This document shows positions 1-13,080 of a DNA stretch of 64,000 nucleotides, piece by piece (the first letter of the stretch is position 1; the number at the start of each line of letters is the position of its first letter). Source of the DNA: Eledone cirrhosa (lineage: Eukaryota); the NCBI GenBank assembly GCA_964016885.1, contig OZ024747.1, forward strand, positions 30,442,001-30,506,000, in the 5' to 3' direction. The position numbers and the translations under genes were made by a program. A model generated the notes under the pieces. The model had not been told where the DNA came from. It ran no database searches and was given only the letters and a program-made list of their open reading frames with translations.

Positions 1-80
1 AGGTCACTGGTTGTGACTTGGTGATAACTCGTATGAACATAAAGCAAGATAAATGCAGCTGTAATAATAATAATAATATC

Positions 81-2111
81 AAGGGTAATGATGTTACCAA
101 CTATAGACCTATCACATGTCTGTCCGTAATGTGGAAACTGTTGACAAGTATTGTGTCTGAGGAAATCTACCATCACCTCCACACAAACAACTTGTTACCG
201 GACGAACAGAAAGGATGCCGAAAGAAGTCCTGCGGTACAAAGGACCAGTTACTTATTGCTAAGCTGGTAATGAGGAATTGCAAGAGGAGACACACGGGTC
301 TTGCCATGGGATGGATATACTACAAAAAGGCATTTGACATGGTGCCTCGTTCTTGGATCACCAAAAGCCTAGAGATCTTCAAGGTGGCAGATAACATCAG
401 ACAGTTGTTGAACAAAAGTATGAAGTCCTGGAAAATAGAGTTAACATCAGCTGGAGAATCCTTGGGAGGCATGAAGATCAAGAGAGGTATCTTCCAGGGA
501 GATAGTCTGTCCCCTCTGTTGTTTGTCCTTGCCCTGATGCCCCTGACCATTATACTGTGAAAAGTGAGAGCAGGATACAAGTTGGGAAAGGGAGAGCTTA
601 CCATCAATCACCTCCTCTTCATGGACGATCTTAAGCTCTTCGGGAAGAGTGAGAAGGAATTGGATGTGCTTGTTGACACTGTCCATATTTTCAGCAATGA
701 TATATGTATGCAATTTGGTATTAGTAAGTGTGGAGTCCTTGTGATGAAGAGGGGTAAATTGAGCAGAAGCACGGAATCCAGGTACCAACAGGTGAGATGA
801 TAAAGGAAATTGACACTGAAGAAGGATACAAGTATTTGGGTATTCTGGAGGCTGATGACATCAAGAACAAAAAAATGAAGGAATTGATAATATCTGAATA
901 CATTCGGAGAGTAAGGAGTGTATTAAAGTCACATCTGAACAGTAGGAATGCTATAAGTGCAGTAAATTCCCGAGCTGTGTCTATTATTAGGTACAGTGCG
1001 GGAATTCTGAGATGGAATGTTGCTGAACAAAAAGAAATGGATAGGAAGACTAGGAAGCTATTCACTATCTACAACATGTTCCACAAGAGGAGTGATGTTG
1101 ATAGACTCTACTTAAGGAGATCTGAAGGTGGAAGAGGTCTTATCAGCATAGAGGACTGTGTTCAGATGGAGAAAAACAACCTACACAAATACGTGACCGA
1201 TAGTAAGGAGCCAATGCTCAGAATTGTACTGAAGGAGAGGACAATAGACCAGGGGATGTCCAAGGAGGAAATAACAACGAGGAAAAAGAGCAACCTTCAT
1301 GAAAAATCCCTTCATAGTACCTTCTTTGAGAAAACGGAATTCAGAGATCCACAGACATGGAACTGGTTGAGAAGAGGAGACCTTAAAAAGGCTACAGAAG
1401 GAATGCTAATGGCTGCGCAAGAGCAGGCCCTCAAAACGAAGAGGCTGAAACACCATATTTACAAGGAGGAGGCTAGTCCACTGTGCAGGATCTGTGGAGA
1501 GAGAGAGGAGACTGTGGCTCACATTGTATCCGAGTGTAAACATCTAGCCCAGACTCACTATAAAGGCTGGAGACATGATGTGATGGGCAGGGTGATCCTA
1601 TGCAAAGTAAACAATTTACCACATTCTGAGAAGTGGTATAAGCCAGAGTCGGTGATAGAAAGCGATCAGGTGAAGGTGCTATGGGATTTTAGGATACAGA
1701 CAGACAAGAAACTGGAACACAATAGACCTGAACTGGTGGTTTTGGACAAGGAAAAAAGATTGTGCCTGATTGAGGATGTGGCCTGCCCATTCGACACGAG
1801 AGTGCAAGAGAAGGAGAGGGTGAAAATTAACCGATACCAGGACTTAAAGTGGATGGTTAAAATGATTTGGAACTGCCATGAAGTCAAAGTGGTCCCCATT
1901 GTCATAGGCGCACTAGGGACTATCTCAAAAAGTTTCCAGGGATGGTTAAAGAAAATTGGCTCTGCCCCGCTTTTTGGAACACTTCAAAAGGCATGCTTGC
2001 TGGGAACAGCAAGAACTCTCTGATACGTCCTGAATATCTGAGGCTGCAGGTAGTGGCTTGATATTCATTTCAACAAACTTTCCAGTTCACTAACATCAAT
2101 GACTGAGACTC

Positions 2112-2150
<39 letters not shown>
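81..2150 (+). mobile_element. 5'-truncated, decayed R4/Dong-clade non-LTR retrotransposon (RT + CCHC finger + restriction-like endonuclease) with (TAA)n tail
   Basis: ORFs 18-560, 564-800 and 797-2023 give RT motifs [29 protein letters not shown], then CRICGEREETVAHIVSEC and REL motif RPELVVLD...EDVACP...KINRY. Broken by a stop and a frameshift. (TAA)13 at 2112-2150 and (TAA)5 at 62-76. Confidence 0.9.
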
Positions 2151-2152
<2 letters not shown>

Positions 2153-2371
2153 TAAATTTGAAAACTAAAATCCAAAGAGATTGACTTTGTTAGTTTCAGA
2201 AGATCCCATTAATGGTGAAAGCAGCGATTCTTTGCTTAAACTTTAATCTGTTATTTTAATAAATATATATATATATATAACCAAAGATTAATATGGTTCA
2301 TTGATTACTCAACGAATACAATATTACAATAGATTAGAAGCACTCAACAAGAGATTTTCCTGGAGTTTTTA

Positions 2372-2714
2372 ATATTATTCAAAATGTTAATAAATGAAAA
2401 ATATTCTCATAATCAAAATATATATTGTATTATACCTATTTCAAAGGTACAATGTTGTTTAAGTACGTTTTCATCAGACAAAATATAAGATTTGATATGT
2501 GACATACCGCTACGGTTTTGATTATTCAATTCCAGTATTGACTGCCAATACTGGAATTGAATAATCCAAACTGTAGTGGTATGGCACATATCAAATCTTA
2601 TATTTTGTCAGATGAAAACGTACTTAAACACCATTGTACCTTTGAAATAGGTATAATACAATATATAGTTTGATTATGAGAATATTTTTCATTTATTAAC
2701 ATTTTGAATAATAT
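2372..2714. repeat. Near-perfect palindrome, ~170 bp arms, 5-nt loop (2541-2545)
   Basis: 2372-2540 is the reverse complement of 2546-2714 with a few mismatches (centre ccagtattg-actgc-caatactgg). Followed by (TA)n. Confidence 0.95.
2421..2487 (-). ncRNA. Type I hammerhead ribozyme motif (mirror copy on + strand at 2599-2665 has core CAGATGA)
   Basis: Minus strand reads tatattttgt-CTGATGA-aaacgtac(loop)gtaccttt-GAAA-taggta-TA-atacaatata. Stems I, II and a short stem III are present; predicted AUA cleavage triplet. Confidence 0.7.
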
Positions 2715-4019
2715 ATATATATATATTATATTGTATGTATTTCAATCACTGTTTAATATTTACATCACAAAATATAGGATACTTACTTAATAATTTAGTA
2801 TTTATAAAGCTGTTGGGGAAATAATACCAGATGATTACACTGACAGGTGACATAAAATATGCAGGCATATCTATATAGTGTTATACATAATTACAGAATA
2901 TCATTTGTTAATGAAATAACGCTTTGCTAGTCAATCAATATATCTATTTAATTCTATTATTCCTCACTATCTTGATCTCGAAGCAACAGATATTTATGAC
3001 CTGTGGCTTATATAATATACTGTAGATTTGAATTGGAATTTACAAACATTTCTTACACAGATGAAACTTAGCGATTCATTTTTTTGCCATGGTTATTAAT
3101 ATTTTATTTCAGTTTATATTTTTTTCAACACTTCCTTTGAAGGTATTAATTGTAAACTAATTAATGTATTTTGAAATACTTAAAAACCTATAAATATATA
3201 AAATTAAATTGAAATGTGATAAATTGAATTCAATATAATGAAATTCTTTTATCTGTTTTCAACGATTAGGTACACTAATTAAAAATATTCATTAATTTGT
3301 AATTGCTAATTTCAACTTAAAATAAAGTAACAGTGTTAATTGTTCAACTTCGTATCTAAGTCTAGTAATTAATATAAAAAAAGTGCACTAAGAACTCTTA
3401 ATTTTCTTTCTAATTAATGAAATTTTTTGACCTAGAAAATGATTTAAAACTTTGCGCTAGACTTAGTTTATATTGTTTGGGTTGTACATCTAATGTTGTT
3501 ACATATTAGATTTAAACATAGGTGTTAAATTATTTGAGATTCCTTGTATCATAGATAGATTGTAAATAGAGTTGTTTGGAGGTTTATAATGAATGCTATG
3601 TGAACATTGTTACATCACTGGACATAGAACTAATAAAATACAATTTACATGAGAAGAGTCCAAACTTCCATTGACAGGTATGATGATGGTGGTGATGACA
3701 ACGATGATAATGATGATGATGATGATGATACCTTTTTACAAAAATTATCGATATTCTCATTATAATCAGCCAGACATAACAAAGTAGAAATTAATTTGAT
3801 TTAATTGTGCAACAATATTCTTAACTTTCTATAAAACTCTTTGAATAATTTAAAGATAATTAAAACTAGATTAATAGCTTTGATTGTGAGCTTTCTTTCA
3901 CTTATGTACATAGATATTTCTCTAATTATGTTATATTATACAGCATGCAAGAGTTATATATAATTGATAATATATATAAGTACAGTATATATTAATATGT
4001 AATTACATGTGTTATTAAT

Positions 4020-4220
4020 GTTGTTTAGTCATAGATCAGGTTTGATCTTTAAGATCTATTGTCATATATGGTCCAGCCATGACTATTCCATTTTTTCCCA
4101 GATACCATACATTTGCTTTCCATGGTGTAGTTGTCCCTTCTTTTGAAAGATGGAGTGATGTTATTTGAAGGAGATTTGGCTGCTATGTCTCACAACCTAG
4201 ATCAGCACATAAAGGTTCAT
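4020..4220 (-). mobile_element. Decayed copy of a SINE-like interspersed repeat (family with ctagaaatagcagccaaatctccctcaaat core and (CAA)n tail)
   Basis: Reverse-complement similarity to 5420-5630, 7170-7325 and 20050-20340; another minus copy at ~5885-6070. Confidence 0.6.
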
Positions 4221-5419
4221 TATATCTGTGTGTATATGTGTGTATTGGTGTATACATTGTGTGTATATGTGTGTATATGTGTGTATACATTGTAAGAAAA
4301 TTTTAAAGAAAGTTTCCAGTCCAACCTTTTATTGTTTTAAATGAATATTTAACTCCGCCCTGCACTTGCCATGGGATACCACATCTACGATGGCTGCTTT
4401 GCATAATGTTAAGTGCTTTAATTTATTGCATCATCATTTACTAACCAGAATCACCTGTTCTACCTACTGGTAAATAACATAACATAAATGGATATATATA
4501 TATATATATATACACATATATATATGGGGGGGGGGGTGCCTCTGTATCCATGTTTATGTTTGTGCCTGCATGTTAATGCACTATAACTTAGTGGTTTAAA
4601 AAAGTAGTGATTGATAAAACATGTACCATACTTGGAAAAATAAGTACTGGGGCCAATATGACCAAGTAAACCAAGGCAATGCCCCCATATGGCCATAGTC
4701 TGATGACTGAAAAGTGTAAAAGAGTACTGGAATCTGGATATAAACAGTTGAAATGACTTTACTTGCTTCTGATATCTTTAGTTTTTCTACCACAGATGAA
4801 CAGATGTAAATATTTATAAAACCCAAATTCACTTGTTTATCTGTAAGTAAAATCTAACATTTACTTTCAACAACAACAATACTGCTTCTATGATTTCATA
4901 AAAATCGGTTTAATTAAAAATTAATGGTTAGTAAATGTACATATATGTATTTCTTGTAGTCTATTTGTCCAAGATATCAGCTATTACAATTCACGTGATC
5001 AATGAGAACACAGAGGCCATATATCAATATATATATCAACACAATGTGAAGAGAAATTGTTTGTAAATAGACCAAAGGGAACTACTACATGTCAATGAAA
5101 TTTGAATACTGTACAGTGAACACAGAATATTGATTTCTAACACACGCATACATTTGTAACAATAGATCATATATATAATTTTTTTTTGTGGGAAAGTTTG
5201 GTTCAATTATATGGACCTCGGTACTTGAATGGTATCATATATTTATTTTATTCACCTCATAAAGATGAAAGACAAAGTTGACCCCAGTGGGAATTGAAAT
5301 CAAATGTAAAATGCTGTAGCTAAACACCAGCACTGTTAAGATATTTTCTTCGATGCTCTACTGATTCTGGCAAGTCACTGTCCTTAGTAAACACATAATA
5401 TAAACTAAGTCAACAAAAA

Positions 5420-5630
5420 GCACCTTTACATGGTCAGGTGACATGCTAGAAATAACTAGCAAATTTCTCTCAAATTACACTTTACACTCTTAGAAAAGAA
5501 GGATAACCTGGACGATGTCATCTTAAGTGTTCTGTGCCTGAGAAAGGAATGGGGTTAGGTCATGGTTAGAGTAACTTAAACCATAGGTCTGTTGTTGGAT
5601 CAGAGCTAACTTGGGAGTATACAACAACAA
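5420..5630 (+). mobile_element. Decayed SINE-like repeat, same family as 4020-4220
   Basis: ggtcaggtgacatgctagaaataactagcaaatttctctcaaattacac...gatcagagctaacttgggagtatacaacaacaa. Confidence 0.6.
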
Positions 5631-6387
5631 AAATCATAACAATGATGGTTCCTAATTTAGGCAAAAGTTCAACAATTTTGAGGGAAAGAAAGGTTGAGTG
5701 TATTGTAGAAATTATTCAATTTTATTTAGAATCCATGAAACAATTAAATGTAAGATAAATGCCCTTATTTCAATTTGACACAGGAATATGGCAGTCAAGG
5801 GAATTGAGAACACCGGAGGTCTTAATGGTGACTGCTTTAAGAAGTAACCAGTCCATTATTGAATCTATAAATTAGATTCAATGATGAGTACAAGGGCAAC
5901 TTTGATTGAATAATCTTATGATCAAAGGTATTTCAGCTGTGACCATTATATTTCTGTAGGGAGTTAACAAGGTTGATTTTATTCAATGTGTTATTTTCTT
6001 TCTTAAGAGGGTAAGGTTTGATTTGAGGAAAATTTGACTACTATGTTTAGCTGGTCAAGTAACTGTGTACATGTTTTAAAAATAAATCAGATTGTACAGT
6101 AATAATCTTTGTAAACATTTATTTAGTGTCCAAAAGCATTTCACAAATTGATTGTAAACAACTTAGATGATGCTTTCCAAACAGTTTACTTTAAAAATCT
6201 CTCATCTCTTGCTATCATATGCAGCAATACTGCGAGAGTATTGGCTTGCCTAAAAAAGTATTAAATTATTAGGGAGCTCCAGTGTCCCTTGTGGTGTGGG
6301 ATTAAGAGTGTGGGTCTTCACTCACTCTTTTTTTCTTTATTTCCTCTTTTATAGTACTGTATATATCTGTGACATCTTACATGAATG

Positions 6388-6576
6388 ATTGTTTCTACTT
6401 TTGGCACAAGGCCAGTAATTACCCAGTGTATTACTGGTACTTTATTTTATCGACCCCGTAAGGATGAAAGACAAAATTAACGTCGGTGGGATTTGAACTC
6501 AGACCATAAAGGGCTGTAACTCTTTGCTGCAAAGCATGGTGTCTGACCCTCTACCAATACTGCCAATCCACCACCC
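6388..6576 (-). mobile_element. tRNA-derived SINE (Meta-domain-like central region)
   Basis: Reverse complement of the SINE at 12538/28555/35622/62801; B-box gagttcaaatccc and ctttcatccttacggggtcgataaaataaagtaccag core. Confidence 0.85.
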
Positions 6577-6904
6577 TTACTTAAATAATTGACATGTCTA
6601 TATATAAATAAAACTGTTAAACTTCTCATACTCTTTTTGTAATATTTTGTTTTCCTTTCTCATTTTTTGTTCAAACTTCTCTCAATGATTACAACAGTCA
6701 CAAATGTGTATATACACACACATATATATATATACAAATACACACATATATACATATAAACACACTAACAAATATATGCACATACACACACATATATCTA
6801 CATACACATATGCACATGCACACAGATTCCATGAGAAATCCTTTACGTTGTCACACAACCTGCTACAAAGAGCCAAATTGCACCCTATCTTCTTTAAAAT
6901 TATA

Positions 6905-7070
6905 AAATGATGTATCAGTTAATGCCCATGAGGGTACTTGGGTATTCCAGCAGTGTAGCTTCACTATTACCTGTGGCAATACAGCAAGTGTGTTTACTTG
7001 TCTTAGAAATTATTAGAGGGAAGGTCCAGTGTCCCTTGCTGTGGGATGTGATTGAGTGTACAGATTTTCT
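6905..7070 (+). mobile_element. Very decayed 3' end of a CRE-like LINE (similar remnant at ~6180-6310)
   Basis: Translates EGTWVFQQCSFTITCGNTASVF, resembling the terminal EWLFQHISLTLLQGNTFSIL of the 7530-8378 element. 6180-6310 shares the tccagtgtccctt tail. Confidence 0.4.
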
Positions 7071-7529
7071 CTCTATCTTTTCTTTTTTTTTTCCAGTTCT
7101 GTATATATTTGCATAGTCATAAGCATTATATACATTAAAGAGTAACATATTGTATAACATAATCTGAGATAAACTATGTGTGAAAAGAAGGGATAGTCAC
7201 AGCTGGAATGCTTTTGATCAAAGCTGCTTAATCAAAGCTGGCCTGGGGTTAAACAAAAATACATGCTTATATACACTCACACAGAGACCTGCTTGATCAA
7301 GACTGTCCTGGTGCAAAACAACAACATATGCTTGTATATACTCAGACACATACAGTTTCACTGTCTTGAACTATGTTTGCAAACCTGACACATTTGAAAT
7401 AGGTGTTACACATCTGGTTGCCTTTCTTTCTTAAAATAATCACTCAATCATGGAATAAGAACAATGGCTGCTTTAGTGGATGTCACTGGCTGTTGTTCTC
7501 TATGGCAATCCTTTGCCATGTTATCCATG

Positions 7530-8378
7530 GGTCACAGTTAATAGCCCTCTGTGATCGGGGAACGTGAGGCTGCCTGTGAGAGGTGGGACCGGCTGGGACT
7601 TAGTCCAGTAGACGTCCCTCCTCCTCCCCCTGCTGAAGTCCCCCCAAAGCATTTGGGATGCCATCCAGTGCAGCCTGGCCTCAGACAGACTCACGCGCCA
7701 GCTTGACCAGCACTACCTTGCCTGTTTTTGTACGGTCGCCAAACCCCACAGTGGTGCCTGGCTCCAGGCCTTGCCCCCCCTTATCCACTGGCATGCAGCT
7801 GGATAATGATAGCCTGTGCATCGGCATTTCCCTGAGGCTTGGCCTCTGGATCTGCGAGCCACATAAATGTCGCTGTGGATCCACCATGGACTCTTTCAGC
7901 CTCCACCCACTTTCCTTTTGCTACAGTGCCGGCCGCCTCAATGAGGTCATAAAGCATGGCTTGGATGCTGAAGGCTTCCCCTCCTAGCTCAAGCCGGTGG
8001 GGCTGGACCGAGGGAATGGCAAAAGGCCAGACGGTATGACCATCTTCTGTGGTGGCAAACCCCTCGTCTGGGATGCCACTTTCAGCGACACTTTCTCCAG
8101 CCGCAACCTGGTGCAGCCTGTGACTAACCCAGGTTCTGCTGCTCGTTGGGCTGAGGAGGCCAAACTCTCCAAATACCGGTCGTACTCCGACAGGTTTGCG
8201 GTCGTGCCCTTGGCAATGGAGACTTCTGGTGTCCTTGGACCTAGGGCTACCTCCCTACTCACCACCATAGGCGCTGAGCTGACCAGCCACAGGTGTGAGC
8301 CTTGCGAGATGGAATGGCTCTTCCAGCACATCTCCCTTACCCTCCTCCAGGGAAACACCTTCTCCATTCTGTCCGTCA
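7530..8378 (+). mobile_element. Decayed C-terminal (Zn finger + restriction-like endonuclease) fragment of a CRE-clade non-LTR retrotransposon
   Basis: GC-rich island. LRLGL..CEPHKCRCG, GLDRGNGKRPDGMT..GKPLVWDATFSDT, AEEAKLSKY, PLAMETSGVLG, LLQGN, matching the CRE-type REL domain pattern. Stop at 7985-7987. Confidence 0.75.
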
Positions 8379-8597
8379 GGGGCTGTGGGGAGACCAGCAT
8401 GTGGGACCCCATTTTCTCACCATACAGAGAGATGGGGAGGGTGAGAGAGATGGAGGCGATGAGAGTTGGAGTTCGGCTCTTCCCCGTTCGGACCATATCC
8501 GTGTGGTTGTCTTCATTATCATAGAGTTCAATCTATTAGTCAATAAATTGCTAGTGGACCCTTCAATACAAAATATATAGGTCCCTCCTATATATAT

Positions 8598-8708
8598 CAC
8601 CAAGATTAGGGAGTAGAGTTTGATAGGTCTCTCCTATACCATCAAGATTAGGGAGTAGAGTTTGATAGGTCTCTCCTATACTACCAAGATTAGGGATTAG
8701 AGTTTGAT
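8598..8708. repeat. 42-bp tandem repeat, ~2.6 copies
   Basis: caagattagggagtagagtttgataggtctctcctatac at 8601, 8643 and 8685. Confidence 0.9.
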
Positions 8709-9565
8709 GCTTCCTTCCAACTACTCTTACGTTTACTATTAAATTATTTCTCTTTCTGTTTTTTTATTGCAAACATAATCTAATAGAAATTTCTTGAATA
8801 AAAAAATGTTGTATTGAACCAGCTGAACAGCATTACTATTCAAGATGTGTAAACTAAAGAATTGGAGTAATAGTAGTAATAATAGTAGTAGTAATATTAC
8901 TAGTACTAGTGGTAGTAGTAGCCATGTTAAATCTCTTTAACTTACTGAACTACCAGATATAATGAACATTTATTAAATTCCAATACATCATACATTAATG
9001 TATGCAGAAAGATATTCATATAAACTTCGGCGTGTGGAAAGATACTGACACACACACACACACACACTACAGAATATGAAAGGATATTCCTACATAGAAC
9101 ACTATGTGGAAGGATATTCATACATGCTACTATATGCAATAAGATATCTGAAGTAGTAGAATATTTAACAAATACATGCATGCATAGCATATGTGAATGC
9201 CTGACTGCATGGATGTTAACTGCATATCTACACATTTGCTTTATCTCAAAGCAAGAAATTATTATCTCAACATAAATTAAATTTGATTTTTAATTTACCA
9301 AGAATAAAAATATAAATTAATAGGAGAAAAACATTTTTTTTTGTGTGTGTGTGAAATATGAAAATGTAATAAATATAATTTTATCAGTAAAGTGATTTTA
9401 AGTTTTAAATTTTAAAGTTCTGGCGATGGTTTTTAAATATAATTTTATTCAGGATAATAAAGATGAATTTTTGTTGCAATCACTGACATAAAATGTTCTA
9501 ATAAATGAAATAAATGTGATTATATATTTGTGTGTGCGTGTGTATATATATATATATATATGTAA

Positions 9566-9613
<48 letters not shown>

Positions 9614-12435
9614 GTGTTTTATTCATTAATGTACATAAAACATTTAAATATTAACTGAATGAGCGTTCTCTACACGTAAGCAGAATGTAATAATTATTTT
9701 ATGAAGAAAAATGTGGCAGTGACTTGGAAGTTTCAGGAAACTCTTTACATACATATATACATACAAACATACATACATATGTACTACTTTTTTTCATTAT
9801 AATATACAGGTATGTATATAAGTATTTAAAAAAGTATAACTTAATTGCAGACATTTTGTGGTATTCCATATTCTCTATGTATAAAACCAACCAAATTGTA
9901 CACCTACATTAAACATTTGTTTGTGATGTAGATATGAATTTCTGAAAATTTGAAGATATCACATAAACAACGCGAAGTTTATTTCATTATGATATACATT
10001 TAACCAAAATATTGTAGCAAAATTTTCTCCTTTTCATTTAAAAAAATTATATTTATTTAATTTTTGCTATTATATCACATTAATTTCTTTACAAAGAAAT
10101 ATTAAATAACCATAAATATGTTTCATATAAAAAAAAAAAAATAAATATATATATAAAAAAATTAGTACTCTGTTTTCATAAAATTCGCTACCCAACAGTA
10201 AACTGCAAATCCACACTAAATCAACCAATGAAAGCACACCATTAATTGTTAGTATCACAAACTTTGAAGTAAATCGTAAAAAGAACAGCAAATAACAAAG
10301 CAATGGTATCAACTGAAAAACACAAACAAACAAACCCACGCTAAAATCAAACTGAAGTTAAGGTAATTGCATCAGTGTGTGTGTTTATTTGCTTGTCTGT
10401 GTTGACTATTCATTTCTGTGTGTCATAAAAGGCAACTAAAAGGGTTAATGTAAAGAAGGGCATTCAGCTGTAAAACACGGGCTATTAGATAACCTTATGA
10501 TGAGAAACCTGTCATGGGACCCACAATTTCAACCCCTGCTTCACAGGAAAAATGGCTGTAAAACACTTATTGTGTGTATGTTATATTATTGTATTTTGGA
10601 AAATACCTGTTTTTATAAATAGTAAATAATGATAAAAAATGTAGTTTAAAAAAATTACAGCTTGGAATCTAAGAGGCACTTTCTTTCCTAGTTCCTCTTT
10701 TCTGATATTTTTCAAGACGTCTTCGTTTTGTTCTCTTCCTATCTTCATTGCTGAGTATCAGGGACCATCGACAGTAACACCAATGTTAATCTATATGAAG
10801 CCGTATGTCCATAATTCTCGTTGGGAAAAATGTGACGTCTGTGGTTCTTGAACCCTCAACCAGCCATTATCAAGAATCTGGCTACCAAGTTGTAGCTCAA
10901 TTGCATTTATCACAAGGATGAAACCATTGGTCCCTTGAAAGGTTGTCACCAAAGCCCCATCTACCCTGATTTGAAATCAGAGTGATGCTTATCTAAGACA
11001 AACTGCCAAACAAAGCTAACAATGTAAAAAAAAAAAGAATGAAAAAAAAAAGGTTTCTTTCTCCTGATATCCTCAAGAAGAATGCAATACTTTGCTAATT
11101 CAATTTAAGACTCTTGTATAGTTGACCAAAGGAAAGCTAAATCTTAATATATAAAAATAACCTTGCCCAAAACAACCATACCTTCCTACTTTGTTTATAC
11201 TATAACTTCTTACAGGTGGAAAATATTACTGAATTTAGAACAAGGAATGGAATTTGAGGAAGACTTAGAGAATGTAGAGTTATATATCTTGTCCAAGAGC
11301 AGAAAATACTAGCAATAATAATCATGTTTGAACAATCCAGCAAACATTTATATAAGAATACATTGAATGAAATATTAAATTTAAGACACATATTCACTGT
11401 CTTTTTCTCTTTCTCTTTCACACACAGTTTGTGAAGGATCTAATAGATAGCATATAAAACTATATATCTATAAATCTCTCTCTCTCTCTCTTTATATATA
11501 TATATATATAATCTCATAATTAAGTCAACAGAGGATTTTTAGTAGATTAGGCTGAGGAACAAACTGATCATTTTACTGTCTTAACAGTTCACCAGAGCTC
11601 GGTTACTGTCTTCTCTAACAATATTAAGGTAGCATTTATTTTTTAACTTTGTTTTAGTTAACAGTATTTCAAAATCTGAATATTTTCATTTTTATCAATA
11701 AAGTTCTAAATATATATTTTTCTCTAAAACTTTTCATTTTCCTTTTCAAATTGTATTATCATCAATTTATTGGCTACATGTATTCTATTCGAAATTTTAA
11801 GACAAAATCACAATTGATAATTTTCTGTTCTGTATAACTTCTCCGAAGCAACAGAGCAAGTTGAAGTTCATACTAGAGAAATAACATTATTAATAAATCT
11901 CTCAGTTAGCATGAAGAAAAATTAAATCATTAATGATTGAAGAAATATGTGGTTTGTTTTTAGATCAACTTTAAAATTTAATTTTGAGAGAAATAAAAGT
12001 TTGATAAGCCATCTTTTTAAACTATATAAAAAAAAAGTTGTTTAAATATCCAAAGATGAGATTTTAATTTGGAATTATAAATTGGCATGGCATTTCGTTA
12101 AATGCATCATAACAAAACTCATTTGAAAAATATATGTAACTCGAATCATATTGGATACTAATTGTTAAATTTTACTTTGGTTCAATCGTGAATTGAATAT
12201 TATTATTCCAGTTCTATTGAATCTAGTTTGGGAAAAACAACAATAATTTTGATTTAAATTATCGAGATATAATTTTCTGTTAAAGGCAGATGGACATGAA
12301 AAACAAGTTACTGATGACAATTATGATGATGTTTGTGATGATGATGACCATCAACATTATCATAATCATAGGCTTCTCACTGCCAGCATTACCTCAGCTG
12401 CCAACATGAATAATATCCTGTATTTAATTATTTCT

Positions 12436-13080
12436 GAGATAACTGCTACTATGATTATTACCATTGTCAATGTATTGTCATCACCTTTGCCTACATTATT
12501 ACTGAACAAGGATGGGGAGGGAAGTGCTGCTATGATTGGATTGGCAGTATCGGTAGAGGGTCGGACGCCATGCTTTCCAGCATAGTTACGTCCCTTTACG
12601 ATCTGAGTTCAAATCCCGCCGAGGTTGACTTTGCCTTTCATCCTTACGGGGTCGATAAAATAAAGTACCAGTAATGCACTGGGTAATTTCTGGCCTTGTG
12701 CCTAAAGTAGAAACAATTATTACTGAACAAGGATGGGGAGGGAAGTGCTGCTATGATTATTACCATTGTCAATGTATTGTCATCACCTTTGCCTACATTA
12801 TTACTGAACAAGGATGGGGAGGGAAGTGCTACTATGATTATTACCATTGTCAATGTACTGTCATCACCTTTGCCTACATTATTACTGAACAAGGATGGGG
12901 AGATAACTGCTACTATGATTATTACCATTGTCAATGTATTGTCATCACCTTTGCCTACATTATTACTGAACAAGGATGGGGAGATAACTGCTACTATGAT
13001 TATTACCATTGTCAATGTATTGTCATCACCTTTGTCTACATTATTACTGAACAAGGATGGGGAGGGAAGTGCTGCTATGA
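12436..13080. repeat. 81-bp minisatellite interrupted by a SINE
   Basis: Unit starts (atgatt/atgaat) at 12451, 12532, 12753, 12834, 12915, 12996 and 13077. Confidence 0.95.
12538..12720 (+). mobile_element. tRNA-derived SINE (Meta-domain-like)
   Basis: A-box-like tggcagtatcggtag, B-box gagttcaaatccc, core gactttgcctttcatccttacggggtcgataaaataaagtacc, tail gtagaaacaatt. Confidence 0.9.

Noticed and set aside
12538-12620. tRNA gene
   Set aside because: A/B boxes belong to the SINE head; no cloverleaf, and always followed by SINE body.
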